A DNA stretch of 55,563 nucleotides, counting the filler, from Sphacelaria rigidula (taxonomy: Eukaryota), in assembly GCA_964200075.2 (NCBI GenBank). It is 6 parts of 6 records of this genome, joined end to end, with 100 filler letters (N's around TTAATTAATTAA, not from the genome) between each part and the next. Parts side by side here need not be neighbours in the genome. Positions count along the whole stretch, not along the records: positions 18,557 to 27,733 come from CAXNAA020009115.1; positions 27,834 to 37,010 come from CAXNAA020009116.1; 4 more parts are not named here. One strand, given 5' to 3'. The notes under the pieces are model-generated. The model was not told the DNA's origin and searched no databases. It saw only the letters and a program-made list of their open reading frames with translations. This document shows positions 22,701 to 34,386 of the stretch, in pieces. The translations under genes were made by a program, and so were the position numbers. Every line of letters starts with the position of its first letter. Position 1 is the stretch's first letter.

Positions 22701-25700
22701 CCCCAGGTCGAATAGCACCCCGACGTGGTCAGGTTTCGGCTATGTTTGCCACCATGTTGGTATCCAAAGTACTATATAAGGATAGGTATTGATCCCTCTC
22801 CCCCCTCAATAAGGGGTGGGAGGGGAGGGAGGGGGCGTACTCATTCGTTGCTTGCCTTGGTCGTTTGACCATTGACCACGCATCCCTTTCGAGACGGAGC
22901 ACCATTCCTGCTCCTAATAGAGACTCCAACATTCCGGCGCTCATTACGTTTCTTCCGTACATTGCACAAAAACCTTTTACATTTTATAAAGAAGGGAGGG
23001 GGGGGGGGGTAAACGACTGAAAATAATATTACGTGGTATACGTTGGAATATTCGGCCTTCAAAAGGTATTATGGCCGGTCACACGCAATTGGTATATGAA
23101 ACGCCACAATTTTGCAAAGTGACGTATATCGCTTGTGGATGTTGTGCCGCCTCCGTGCCTCTAAAATAAACACGAGAAAAATACATGCTGTCGTCTTTTG
23201 CGGCCATGCCCCTAGATTGCGGTCGTTCACCGAACCCTCAAGTGTTCTCCGTTCGTAGCTATTTGATCAACGGGTGTGTTGGGAATACGAGCAGGTCTTC
23301 CCTCTCAAACATACCGTAGCATCGCCCAGCATCTCTCTGCACGGGGACAGCGTACGTTATAATCGGCAGAGTGTTTTTGGGCAAGTTTCAGTAGCAGTGT
23401 GTGTGTGTTGTATCCTCTGTGAAGCCAATACGTGTGTTGTCCTTCACTTTTCCGATGACATTCTGCTGCTTGTTGGGCAGTCGCGCGCTCTGACTTGATT
23501 ACACCGGGAACGTGGGAAAGGTACAGTGTCCGTCCACGAAAGGTATTTCAAGAAGAAAGAAAAATGACCACATCGAGTGCACTTTTCTTGAAAACTAGCC
23601 TAATTAGGGTGCAGCAGGTTTTTCGGCAAACGACAGCTCTTCTGCGCTCGGGCGTATGAGGCGAGAACATGCGTGTGCTTCCCCGTCTTTTCTCGCTGCA
23701 AGGATGCACCACATCCCCGTGATCGATGCCCGTCAAGAATCCGGATTAAAAATAGTGTTCGTGTGGCAGGGTACTAATTGAGTCTGTGACAGGTCATACA
23801 TGGTACGTTCAGGGGAGGGGGACATATTCAATGTTGTTTCTCCTCCAGTGTATTCTTTGTTCGAAAATAAACCTACACTCCCATCAACGAAAAAACGGCT
23901 TGCCTCTTCGAGTGTCGATGGAAACTACGCCCCTGCCAAGCCCATTTCTTGTAGTGGAGAAGCAGCTGCGTGAAGATATAGCCACTCAACACTCATTTGG
24001 GAGGGGGAGCGGGGGGGCGAGGGGGGCGTACTCATTTGTTGCTTGCCTTGGTCATTTGACCATTGACTACGGATACCTTCCGAGACGGAGCAAGGGGAAC
24101 AGGGGGGGCTCAGCATGCGTTGTTGCACGTCGTACGAAACAGGTGGTACGTGAAGTTCGATTCCACGCCCGCCCTACGACGTCGCCTCCCCCTCCGAAAT
24201 TCAACGGAGCTGAACTGTACTGAACTGAACTGAACTAACGGATCTTTGAAAACGAACTTCGATGAAAAGGTTCTCCTGGACGACCCAGACAACGGACCGT
24301 GTCGAGAGGAGCACCGACGCTGCCGAGGTGTTGTGAAAAAGCTGGAGGCCGGGGCGAAGCTGGTGGAACGGGGAGACGTGGATGGCGCCACGCGAGAGTG
24401 GCGAGTGGCCACCACTCTGGAGCCAGATAATCCTCTTTTCCTCGGTCCGCTTTTGTTGAAGGTACTGCTGCTGCTTCTGCTGCTGTTTTTGTGGATATAT
24501 TTTGGGGGCAGAGAGAAGCGAGATGTGCTATACTGGCAGGCCGCCGCGGGCGCAGTACCCTAATAGTGGAATGAACCACTCTTTGGGCAGTAGGTTACAT
24601 ACATTGTCAAGAAGCATACTGCCTGCAGTATCGACTATTCGTTTATTGCATTAGTCAATATATATATATATATCCGATACTGTATGCAGTACGAATTTTG
24701 ATAATGCAATTTTTCACGGTTCGGACGAATCATCGCCGGTTCGAATCTACGATTTTTTCAGGCCTGGTTGCTCGAAAGAGAGAAGGGAACTTGACCGCTG
24801 AACAAAAAGGTCTCCACGCAATTTTTGCGCCATTCCACGTTCCTGGGCTGGTCTTACCTGGGGTGCAACGCTGAAAGCGAAACCTGAGGATTGATTCATG
24901 CGGCACGAATTAATCACACTAGAGATAAGTAATTTCAAGACGAATCATTCATTCGTCCGACCCTTGAATCTTTTGTTCAGGGTGTGGAACGAATGCAAGG
25001 CTGTTTTCCACGTGGAGTGTTCGGGCGGGACGGGTGTCCTTTACTCGGTCTTGGGGAATTTGTTATGTAGCTGCCGTCTCGTGTCCCCCGCTTCGTTTTT
25101 TGTTTGTTCGTTTTATGCGGCCGGCCATACGGCTCAAGCTTTTGCTCTTTCCGTAAAATAATGTTTTCGGGGTAAACACAGAAGAGATATGCTGGGAACA
25201 TGTACTGAGAAAATGTGTTTTTTTTTTCATCTTTGTTCGTCATGCTTTTACTCAACTCCTTCCTTTCCTTTCCCTTCCCTTTGATCAAGGGATCAACTCA
25301 TCTCTCTCCCCCGCAGTACTGTTTACGCCTTGCAGTTTTGTCTCGCGGATTGAATCATGACTTATTAGCACTCCCACACCGCCCGCCGACTGTCGTCAAA
25401 CAAGCTAATTTTGCTGGAGACGTCCTCACGCTTTGTAGTTGCAAACACGTACAGTAATCCAGACACTGTCGAGAGAGAACCCGAACCCATCCGGCGGGAA
25501 CCGAACCGACTCCTTTCTCCCGTGATGGTGGGTGTCACTTAGGCCATTAGACCGCGGCCCCGCGACATACTTTTATATGTGTATATGTCACACTATGAAC
25601 CCCTCTCTTTCCTCAGGACGAGTCCATGATCTCAGGGGATCAACCCATATATCTGTATATATATATATACATGTGTATGATTTTGCCCGCGATGTGTGCA

Positions 25701-25965
25701 TTTTGTTTTGCCTCGTCCCGTCCCGTCTCGTCCCGTCTCGTCTCGTGAAAAAAAAATGAGAAAAACGGCACCCTCCGTTCCTCTGCATGTGTCCGTTTTG
25801 CTATTTTGCTCGTCTATCGATATCACGAAACTTGTGTGCTGTGTTGTCCATTTTTTTCCGGGATGTGGAATGTGCTAGATTGCGTCCGCGCATCTCGGGG
25901 CCAAGAACTGGGTAGAAGCTAAGCGTGCGGCGCAGGAGTGTATCGGCGTACACCCAGGAGGCGAG
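19716..25965 (+). CDS. Partial multi-exon TPR protein, DNAJC3/P58IPK-like co-chaperone (first exon and J-domain not located)
   Basis: Six AG/GT-bounded phase-0 exons that splice in frame: 19716-19826 (AEERAQ..DKAIRLFSQ), 20552-20683 (VIALEPKNERNLYKR..ALELKPKYKQ), 21291-21476 (ALAQRARLL..RRDWQ), 21808-22077 (AAADAYDAI..AANHFRE), 24270-24461 (VLLDDPDNGPC..GPLLLK), 25879-25965 (IASAHL..HPGGE). TPR signatures and the order of motifs resemble P58IPK. Orthology is inferred only. Confidence 0.85.
22229..22268. repeat. (TTGTGTT)n minisatellite in intron
   Basis: Directly visible 7-bp unit. Confidence 0.9.
22831..22901 (+). repeat. Dispersed repeat family (GGGGGCGTACTCATT..GCTTGCCTTGGTC..TTGACCATTGAC)
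   Basis: Further copies at ~24022-24092 (+) and ~27834-27890 (-). Nearby ~22604-22705 also matches ~27903-28003. Confidence 0.8.
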
Positions 25966-27607
25966 GTACGCATACACGCGACCCCGTACACGTCGGACAA
26001 CTCATCTCATGTAACTCATTTTCGTACCACCCAGCTGTTGAGATGCACACTGAAACTCAAACTAGACGGTATTTACGTCCACTGGCAAGGATATGTTGTA
26101 TAGATCAGCGGTAATACTGAAATATATTATCGTCGACAGAGTTGTCGACTTCTCTGACCGGCAGTCCTTTCAATCTTGGAATTACATTTCACATTCCGCT
26201 TCGTAACAGGCACTGGGGCATCTAATGTTCTCTGATGTTCTTTCGCTTGCACAAACGTCAGATTTTGTCTTGGTCTCGATCTTGCGTGTTCGTGCTACGC
26301 AGATAATTTAGATAATATTTTTTTTACTCCTCTCCTTTTTCTACACATGCGTCAACACCATAACATTGTGATATTCATCGCTGTAGAATTGATGAAAGTG
26401 GTGGACAAAATTGTGATATCCAGCGCTCTTGCGTGGAAATCTAACGTTGAGAGCAATAGGGAAAACGGCATCGTACCCCGCACATGATTGGGCGATATGA
26501 GTCACTGACGCTTTTATTCTTGTTTTCATTATGGGTCATGAAAAGAGTGCACCGAACGCGTGTTATTTCATGTTTATGGGTTTTCGGGACCAGTAAGTGG
26601 TGTTTTACCCCAGTTTGGCGCATATAAGCTACCGGGGAGTCATGGGTTGGTGCTTTGAGACCACGGACTAGTCCCGAGGGAGGGGAGGGGTTCAAAGTGC
26701 AACAAACAGATGAAAACAATGAAGTGATGAAAGCAATGGTTGAATGTATGCTCGGTTTTTAGGATTGACCATAATATTCGGGTTTTCACAGGGTTCACCG
26801 TGCCGAGCACTCGCTCACGTCCGCCGTAGCGTGCACAGCGTGCGCATCACGTGTTTTTGCACCGATTTGAGCTTGAACAAAGCTTACTTTGCCTAGGGCT
26901 CTTTATTCAGACACACATACCCTTGTCCGAGAGTCGTGGGTCTGTCTGGGAGTTTCGTTAGCGTTAGCGTTTCAGGAGAAGAAACATATATGTCAACCAT
27001 CGCCTATGTGCGCCGAACTGGAATACCACCGCCTCTTGGGGCTGGATGTGTGAAGGTATGCAAGAGGAGGGGGGAGGGGGGCGGAGGGGTGAAGGCTCTG
27101 TATTCTGATCGTCTTTTGTTGAATCAGGCGTCTTTTGCTTTATCCTTGTTTTTCTATCAACATTTGGGTTGAGATATCGAACAAATCGATATCATTGCTG
27201 TTCTACCCCTCAACTTGGAGGGGATGCATGGCCGGTCCGTTGCGGGTGTACATGTGGAGGATTCTATATTTTGGTCGTCGTCATGGTCATGGTCATGGCC
27301 GCGGTGATAGGTATCGAATAAAAAACGTCGACGGACTACGATATCCGATATGACGTATCGCGTGATATCGGTACGACATCACATACGATACCGGGATATT
27401 TGCGTCCAAACTTTCTCTGACGCGTCTAGAATCCAGTACAAAAACCTGGGTTTCACACATCAAATTGCACGTACCGTATCTTGTATCCTGCGATGTATCG
27501 TACAGTAAGTGATATCGCAACGATATATCGCCGGATATGAGATACGATACAATAGCGAGATATCGCGCAATTTCAGGCGATGTCCTGGATATGTCGCGGT
27601 AGACTGC

Positions 27608-27711
27608 CGCGCCCCGGTGGTGTATTGGTCCGACTGTCGCCACCAGGGTGGAGAGAACGGGGGTTCGATTCCCGACGCGTTGGGTTTTTTCTTCGTAATG
27701 TATGATTTCCA
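27608..27711 (+). mobile_element. tRNA-derived SINE-like head (Pol III A/B boxes)
   Basis: A-box TGGTGTATTGG and B-box GGTTCGATTCC. No acceptor-stem pairing. A close second copy lies at 46388-46491 (-), including non-tRNA 3' sequence. Confidence 0.7.
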
Positions 27712-27733
27712 CCGGGGAAAGCGTGAGAACGTG

Positions 27734-27833
27734 NNNNNNNNNNNNNNNNNNNNNNNNNNNNNNNNNNNNNNNNNNNNTTAATTAATTAANNNNNNNNNNN
27801 NNNNNNNNNNNNNNNNNNNNNNNNNNNNNNNNN
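27734..27833. other. Artificial contig linker
   Basis: N44-TTAATTAATTAA-N44. Confidence 0.98.
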
Positions 27834-28337
27834 AAGGGAGGCGTGGTCAATGGTCACACGACTAAGGCAAGCAACAAATGAGTACCCCCCCCCCCCCCTC
27901 CCCGCCCTGGTGCGGCGAAACCCGGCGTGCTTCGTGCCGGCTTTGTAAGGATGCGAGGTAAATGACCTTATGACTATGGCATGCGAGATTATGAGTGCAC
28001 CTCCTCCCTGCCTCCATCCGGCCCTAAACTCCCTGATGATTAATCCGTCTGTTTGTTTTACGTGCTGTTTTTTTTTCTTCTCTGTTTTGTTCGTGCTGTT
28101 TGGACTCTGGTAGTCGAGCAATCGGACGGATTGCCGGGCAAGGAGGCAAAACTCGGCACGCTATCGAAAACGCCACCCGCACGAGGATCGTCGTGGCCGA
28201 CCATAAAGTTCACATCTTGGGATCTTTCAGCAACATCAAGGTGCCCGCAGTGTCCCGATGAGTTCTGCAGTTTTGCAGAACGGAAATGTCTATATTGAGT
28301 TTAATCCTGTGGGCGCCCCACCCTGTGTTAATTGTCC

Positions 28338-28481
28338 CGCACCCTGGATAATGACGATGCATTGCGTTATCGAAACGTTTACTACGTACAGTATCGGCTG
28401 TTGTGTCTATTACAGTTGACATTTCATTCCATACTGTACGCAGTACATTTTTTTACGATGCTATCTGTTGTCCAGGGTGTT
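28338..28481. mobile_element. MITE family B (hAT-like, CACACCCTGG TIR), degenerate copy
   Basis: CACCCTGGATAA...TTGTCCAGGGTG. Flanks AATTGTCC / GATTTTCC (6/8 match). Confidence 0.75.
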
Positions 28482-30951
28482 GATTTTCCAAATTTGTCAA
28501 CTTGCAGTCCCGCGAGGTTCCTGGAGGATGGCCACTGTAGGAAGCAGATGGATGCCATGAAGACGTTGCTGGCTAGCCAGAGTTGCTCCAAAGTTGAAAA
28601 ATCAAGGCCTCATTGTTATGTAGTAGCCTTGTGGCCGTGTTGGAGGTAAGCGGTCGAAGGCTTCACCCCCTCATGCATCGCTCAGTTGCGCTACGGCTTA
28701 AAGAATCTGGTGCTTGCACCACTGCATGTGTTGCCGGGGCCACTACTGCTCATGGTCGCCACACTTTACAGCCAATGTGCCTGGCTGTGACTTGGATACT
28801 ACAAAGCATGACACATGGTATCTGCGTGGCGTGGTAATTTCGCGTCATTCCCTGTTGCTACGTGGGTCATATCTCTCCACGAGAAGCGTCATTCTGACAC
28901 CCCTCAAAACGTCAAAGTGGGATCTAAACTTGGGTGGTGTAGTCGTCGAGAGTCTGTCGAGGTGTGGTGCATGAACGTGTGTAATACAGTGTGGCTTGAC
29001 GCTGGTCAATTCATTGAGATGTTCCCTCATTTTGCAGTGTGTGCGTCCTCTCCATGCGTGGTGTCGAGTGTGCATGTGGTGGTGACGACGAAGCTCCCTT
29101 CACCGGGAGGATGCACACGCAAATGTTCGAGGGCAGGCGCTCGTTTTTTTTTGTTCAAGTTCTGGTTGATTTGATGGTCGCGGCCAACCGATCCGCCATT
29201 AGCCCAGTCGTGGTCACAACTTACACGTGCCCACGATGAAGAATCAGAAACACTGGATTGAGGAAACTCGACAGTGAGAAAGAGGGAAAATAAATGAAAC
29301 AGAGTGGACTGGAAACAGAGGGGGGGGGCGAGTAAGAGAAGAAAGCAGCACTCACCTGGTATTGGATTTAACAAAGTCCCGAACAACAAGAACAAGATTT
29401 GTGTCGAAGTATCCGCAGGGGGGCAGGAGGGCGGTGATATCCAGGCCCCTTGTTAACGTCTCAGCTCGCAAATCTCCGCTCCCTCAGACTTCCCCAATCA
29501 GCGTCGCGGTTGTTGCCGGTTTTGTTGACGATGTTGTCATCAGTTTTGGTATTATGTTTATTTCTCAGGCCAGTCCCGTGCGTGGCAAGGTGTCACAGTT
29601 TATCTTGGGTCGTCCAGCAACAGGGAAAATCGGAACCTAGCTCCTAACCGGGCGCAACTCTCACATGCACGCCCTGTTGAGCGTTTCGGGAAAAAAGTGA
29701 AACGGTGAAATGACGCGTGTTACGTCGGTCATGTGAGGCACCGTGAGTGTTTTTTTGGGACATGGGAAAGCCGTCGCTCCTGATAAAAATTGAAAAATGT
29801 CGTAACTGTATCACACGTTTGTTCTCGCGTCTTGCCCACCCGATTATATCTTGTCCGCTCAGGTGGCTCGGGACGCAATTTGTGCCCTCATTCTGGGGGC
29901 GCCGCCGGGAAAGGTGTACAACCAAATGCGGAACGTAGCGCGGCGAATGAACGAGAGGTTTTAAGGGAGTATGTTGCTGTTTATATCACTCGCCTGACAC
30001 GGCGCAAGTTGGTTCCCGTGAAGGGTGTGAGATGCCAGGGCATTAGCATATTGAATTTGAATGCCTCATCGAATATCTTGCTCACCGTTTGTATTGAGTT
30101 TTTGAACAAGTGCTGTCAGTGATTGGTCGATTGTAATGTAGAACGTCAGCAGCGCTTGCTTGTTTGAGAGAACGGAGCGCTGTGTCCGCTGGGGGCGTTT
30201 TAGTCGATGGGTACGTTGTAGAGCTAAGGGAAGGGAGGGCGGAGGGGACTGTGTGTGCGTCCCTATGATCCCAGTGCACATGGCGTTTTGGAAGGATGGT
30301 GGGTGGCAACTGCTAAAAGTCATGATCCTTGCCCTGCATTTAATTTTGTGATGCTGGTGCCTTTTGACACTGGTTTTTACCCTTGAAATACGCCTATATA
30401 TTTTTTTCGTCACACTTCCAAGCCGTCCCATTCCTCGAGACGTGTCCGTCGTCTCGAGGATTTCATCAGCACTCCCGCTCCGCGCGAACTCTCGTAGCAC
30501 AAACTGGGTCAAACTAGGGGGTACACTGATGTGCAGGACGTTGTAGGACGCGAATAAATCTGTCTCCTAGCTACGTGGTTTGCATCTGTTTGCCCCTACA
30601 CTCCCCTACACTGCGATTGGTGAATCGGACGTTGGGCTTGTTGGCTTCTCGTAGTAAGTTCACTATCCACGGTGTCGGCGCGCGCCATATATACCTGACT
30701 GCGCGGTAAACTTTCTGTCGTGTTTTAATTTGCCGAGCATGGTAATCCGTGCTTTGCGGGCCCATGTCCCCTCTCATTATCGTCGAAGTTCCTTCGTTTG
30801 TCGTCACCAACACCAAAAATATAGGATATAATTTGTTCATGTTCATCACAGGTGTCAACGGTGTGACCTCGAAAAGGTTCCATGATTCATCATGCCGACT
30901 GCTAGGCCTTGTCCAAACAAAAGAGAATAAACGACAAGGGGGAGCATATTC

Positions 30952-31094
30952 GGTACCCTGGACAAGAGAATACACGGTCAAAGAATGTACTGCGTACAGT
31001 ATGGAATCCACTGTCTATTGCAATACAATAGACAGGAGATTCCATACTGTACGCGGTATATTTTTTTACCGTGTATTCTCTTGTCCAGGGTATG
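30952..31094. mobile_element. MITE family B, near-perfect foldback copy with a perfect 8-bp TSD
   Basis: 67-bp arms with 6 mismatches and a 5-nt loop. GCATATTC at 30944-30951 and 31095-31102. Confidence 0.9.
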
Positions 31095-31963
31095 GCATAT
31101 TCCACATTATGTGAATTCGTCGCGGCGCCGTCGTCCCCACCAAAAAAAAAAAAGCGGCAGTCCTTTCCGAGGTCGCGTCGCTATTTTTTTCATGAAATAT
31201 GTTGAAATTTTTCAGCCTACGCGTGTTCGACTAGAGTTTTTGGGTCTGGTCACTGTGAAGGGCAACATGAACCCGCCGCGGAAAGACCCACTGCTGTGGT
31301 GTACGCCTCCCACACGACCTGGACCTGAGGCACAAGAACACGTCAACTTCTGGATAGTGTGGATGAGCAGGAGCTGACGCCAGACACGATGCTCTCGCGC
31401 TATACATAACGTGTCTGTGTGGAGCAATGCTACGGTAGGGGTGTACTTTTTTCGCGAAACTATGTATAACTCAGAGGCTTCTAACGATTCTAGATGCACA
31501 AAAGTATGGGTCAGGGCATCCCCGTTTGCAAATTCATTCTGGATATCCCCATCACATTGAGGTAGTAATCCTGGCGTACTTTCACATACTTTCATAGGTC
31601 TTGTTTTGCATGAGAGAAAGGGCTCCTAACAATTCTTACCTCAGAATATTTGTGCACCCCTACCGTAGCAGCACTCTGTGTGCAATTCTTTAGGGCTCAG
31701 TTGTGCACGTGTTGTTCCAGTCACTGCTGTTGAGATTACCTGGTTCCGGCTGCGTCCAGCGCTGGAAGGAACACCGTTCTTCCCACAGAGTCGGTTTGTG
31801 TTTTTTTGTTAAGGCCCAAACTGGTTGTTGCGCGGAGACACGCGTGATCGAGACGTGACTTATTCGGATGCAGATCGCCTGCCGTAAGGCTCTGTGTCGA
31901 GGCGAAAATAAAAGCGAACACGTTCACGCCACCCTCCGGCGTCATTACCTCGTCCTCCCTGTG

Positions 31964-32473
31964 CAGGAAGCGAACAGATCGAACCAGTGAGCGCTCACTT
32001 GTTCAACGGGTAAACTGTTCGCTTCCTAGACAAAGTATATGCTGTGTGGTCCGTTCCGGCATGATACTTCAATGATCTCCAGAGCTCTCCGCCCCGTGCA
32101 AGCCTATCATTTGTTCACATGTCAAACTTTTATTCCACAATCGATCAAGCCGGGACGGACCACAGAGCAGATATTTTGTCCAGACAGCGAGCTCTTTACC
32201 CAATGAACGAGTGAGCGCTCATTCGTTCAATGAGCAAATCAAGTGTTCGCTTCCTGGATGCAGATGATGCAGCTCGAATCCCGGCGTACTCGATCGTAGA
32301 AGGAAATGATGTCATATGAACAGTGAGGCTTGCGAGAGGCTGGGAGCTCTGGAGATCACTGAAGTGTCATGCCGGGAAGAACCACACAGCTTATATCTTG
32401 TCCAGGAAGCGAACAGATTACCCATGGAACCAGTGAGCGGTCACTGGTTTAATGGGCAAACTGTTCGCTTCCT
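31964..32473. repeat. Three copies of a ~70-bp stem-loop motif
   Basis: AGGAAGCGAACAG...GTGAGCG(C/G)TCA...TGTTCGCTTCCT at ~31964-32029, ~32180-32256 (degenerate) and ~32403-32473. Confidence 0.65.
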
Positions 32474-33530
32474 CGACACTCCCCCCCATTCTTCTTCCCG
32501 GGGATAATCTCAACGCATCCCCTTCCCGAGCATTCTCAGCGAAAGGAGGGGTGTCATGCAATGCTTGAGCCATTTGCGGCCGGACAACAAAAAACCTGAA
32601 TACGATATTAGTACCGATAAAAAGCCTACAACCCACCTAAAGTTGTGACACCTGCTGTTTAGGTTAACGGGACTGCAGACACCCGGAGAGTACATCGTTT
32701 CATCCTCTGCCCAGGTATGCACGGGTTACGATCTATACCGGCAAGACTTGTTAAATGTAAACGGCGATAACCCTCAACAAGCCGGAGACATCGATGTTAG
32801 AAGGTGTTCATCCCACTCCACTGCTTCACCATCTCTTCCCCCCCCCCCCCCCTCCCTCCACCACTCTTCCCAGGGATAACAACAACGCAGCTCCTTCCCG
32901 AGCACTCTCAGCGGCAGAGAGGGTCTCATCCACGGTCTTACCCACTAGCGTCCGGATATCAATGAATCTTGACACGTCAGCTGCATAAATAGAAATCTTA
33001 CAGCTACCCTATGTAGTGTTATACTCATATTTTTCTCAACAGGACTGCAGACACCCCGGGGCAGAGACTGTTTCATCCCCTCCCGAAGTACGCACTGGGA
33101 TAACGATGTACCGTTAGGGTCTATTAAATGCGAATGACGATGCACCTGCACAAGCTAGAGGTATCGCTGTTAGAATGTGTTCACTCTACCCCGCGGTTTT
33201 ACTACCCCTTCCTCTCTTCATCCTCTTCCCCGGGGAAAAAACCAGCGCATCCCCTCCCCGAACATTCTCGATCAGCGGAAGAGAGGGTCGCCTTCAGCGT
33301 GTTACCCATTGGTAGCGGCTGGAATACAATGAATCTGAGCACGTGAGCTGTATAAGTAGAAATCCTACGAACCTACCTTATTATGTAGTGTTACCTTTTG
33401 TTTTTCTGAACGGTACTGCAGACATCCCGGGGAAGATATTTTTCCATCCCGTCCCTTAGTACTCGCTGGGACCATAATGTATCGTCAGGGCTTGTGTTGA
33501 ACACCAGTGGTGATGCCCCTGAACACGCGA
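32470..33530 (-). repeat. Three degenerate tandem copies (~370-bp period) of a dispersed repeat
   Basis: ACTGCAGACA(C/T)CC at ~32672, ~33044 and ~33415. The reverse complement CCCGGGGTGTTTGCAGTCCCGTT occurs at ~46017, upstream of a poly-A run. Confidence 0.7.
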
Positions 33531-34308
33531 GTGGTCGCTAGAACGTACACAACCTACTTGCAGATTCAGGACTATTTTTTCCCCCTCCCCGGCGATGAGG
33601 TGGACATAATATCTCCCCCCCAGACACCCTCACCTGGGGGGGGTGTTACTTAATGTGTTGGCGTTCGCGGGCAGACTACATGATGACGCATCTGAGCTCA
33701 AAAGAGATCGTCAAAACGTGGATACCCTCACTATATATACCCGCAGGAGAGGCAGGAGCACCAATGTTCGTTTGCGGCGAGATATACCGGCAGATAACAC
33801 CACGGGGGAAGGCTACTCTTGTATCCTCGGAAAAAACATGGGCTGGATCTCGACAATGTGTGTCATACATGATGTTGACACAGCAACAGCGGAGGTTCAA
33901 CATTTTCAGAAGAGGCATCAAGCGCAGATTTCTTAAATGTAACTAGATGACAATCTCAAGCTTGCAATTGACTGAATATTATTCGTAGCAGAAGGAGGTG
34001 ATCTCAATGGTTACGGGTCGAGCGGATCACCCTTCCACGTAAACATGAAAACAAAAAATGTGGTCTCGAGTTCGGGTAGTGGGCGAACCGTAACGTTTCA
34101 CATCTATCACCACCTGTGATACATGTGGTATTATTCAACATGTAGCTGGGATGCGTTTTGGACGCCCTGGAAAGCTGTTTTCGCAAAGGCTGACGCGCCA
34201 CGAACCCCTTCACCGTGTCATTCAAACGGTTTTCACTCGTTGTTCCGATTGTGAGAACGGCTGCGAAGAGCCTACGCCAGGGTCCTGGTCGCTACACCCT
34301 TGGGAGGC

Positions 34309-34386
34309 TTCGTCAGAGGGATTTCACCACTAGACCAACCAGTCAGCGCTGACTGGTTGGTCTAGTGGTGAAATCCCTCTGACGAA
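34309..34386. repeat. Perfect 78-bp palindrome without a loop
   Basis: TTCGTCAGAGGGATTTCACCACTAGACCAACCAGTCAGC is followed directly by its exact reverse complement. Confidence 0.97.

Noticed and set aside
26976-27053. Possible next TPR-gene exon (EKKHICQ...EYHRLLGLDV*) resembling a J-domain start
   Set aside because: It hits a stop in the required phase and has no HPD motif. The similarity may be chance.
27608-27685. Functional tRNA gene
   Set aside because: A and B boxes are present, but acceptor and anticodon stems do not form, and the second copy shares non-tRNA flanks.
31987-31998. GTGAGCGCTCAC resembling the symmetric lac operator core (vector contamination)
   Set aside because: Only a 12-bp match, embedded in a locally repeated degenerate motif with no vector sequence around it.
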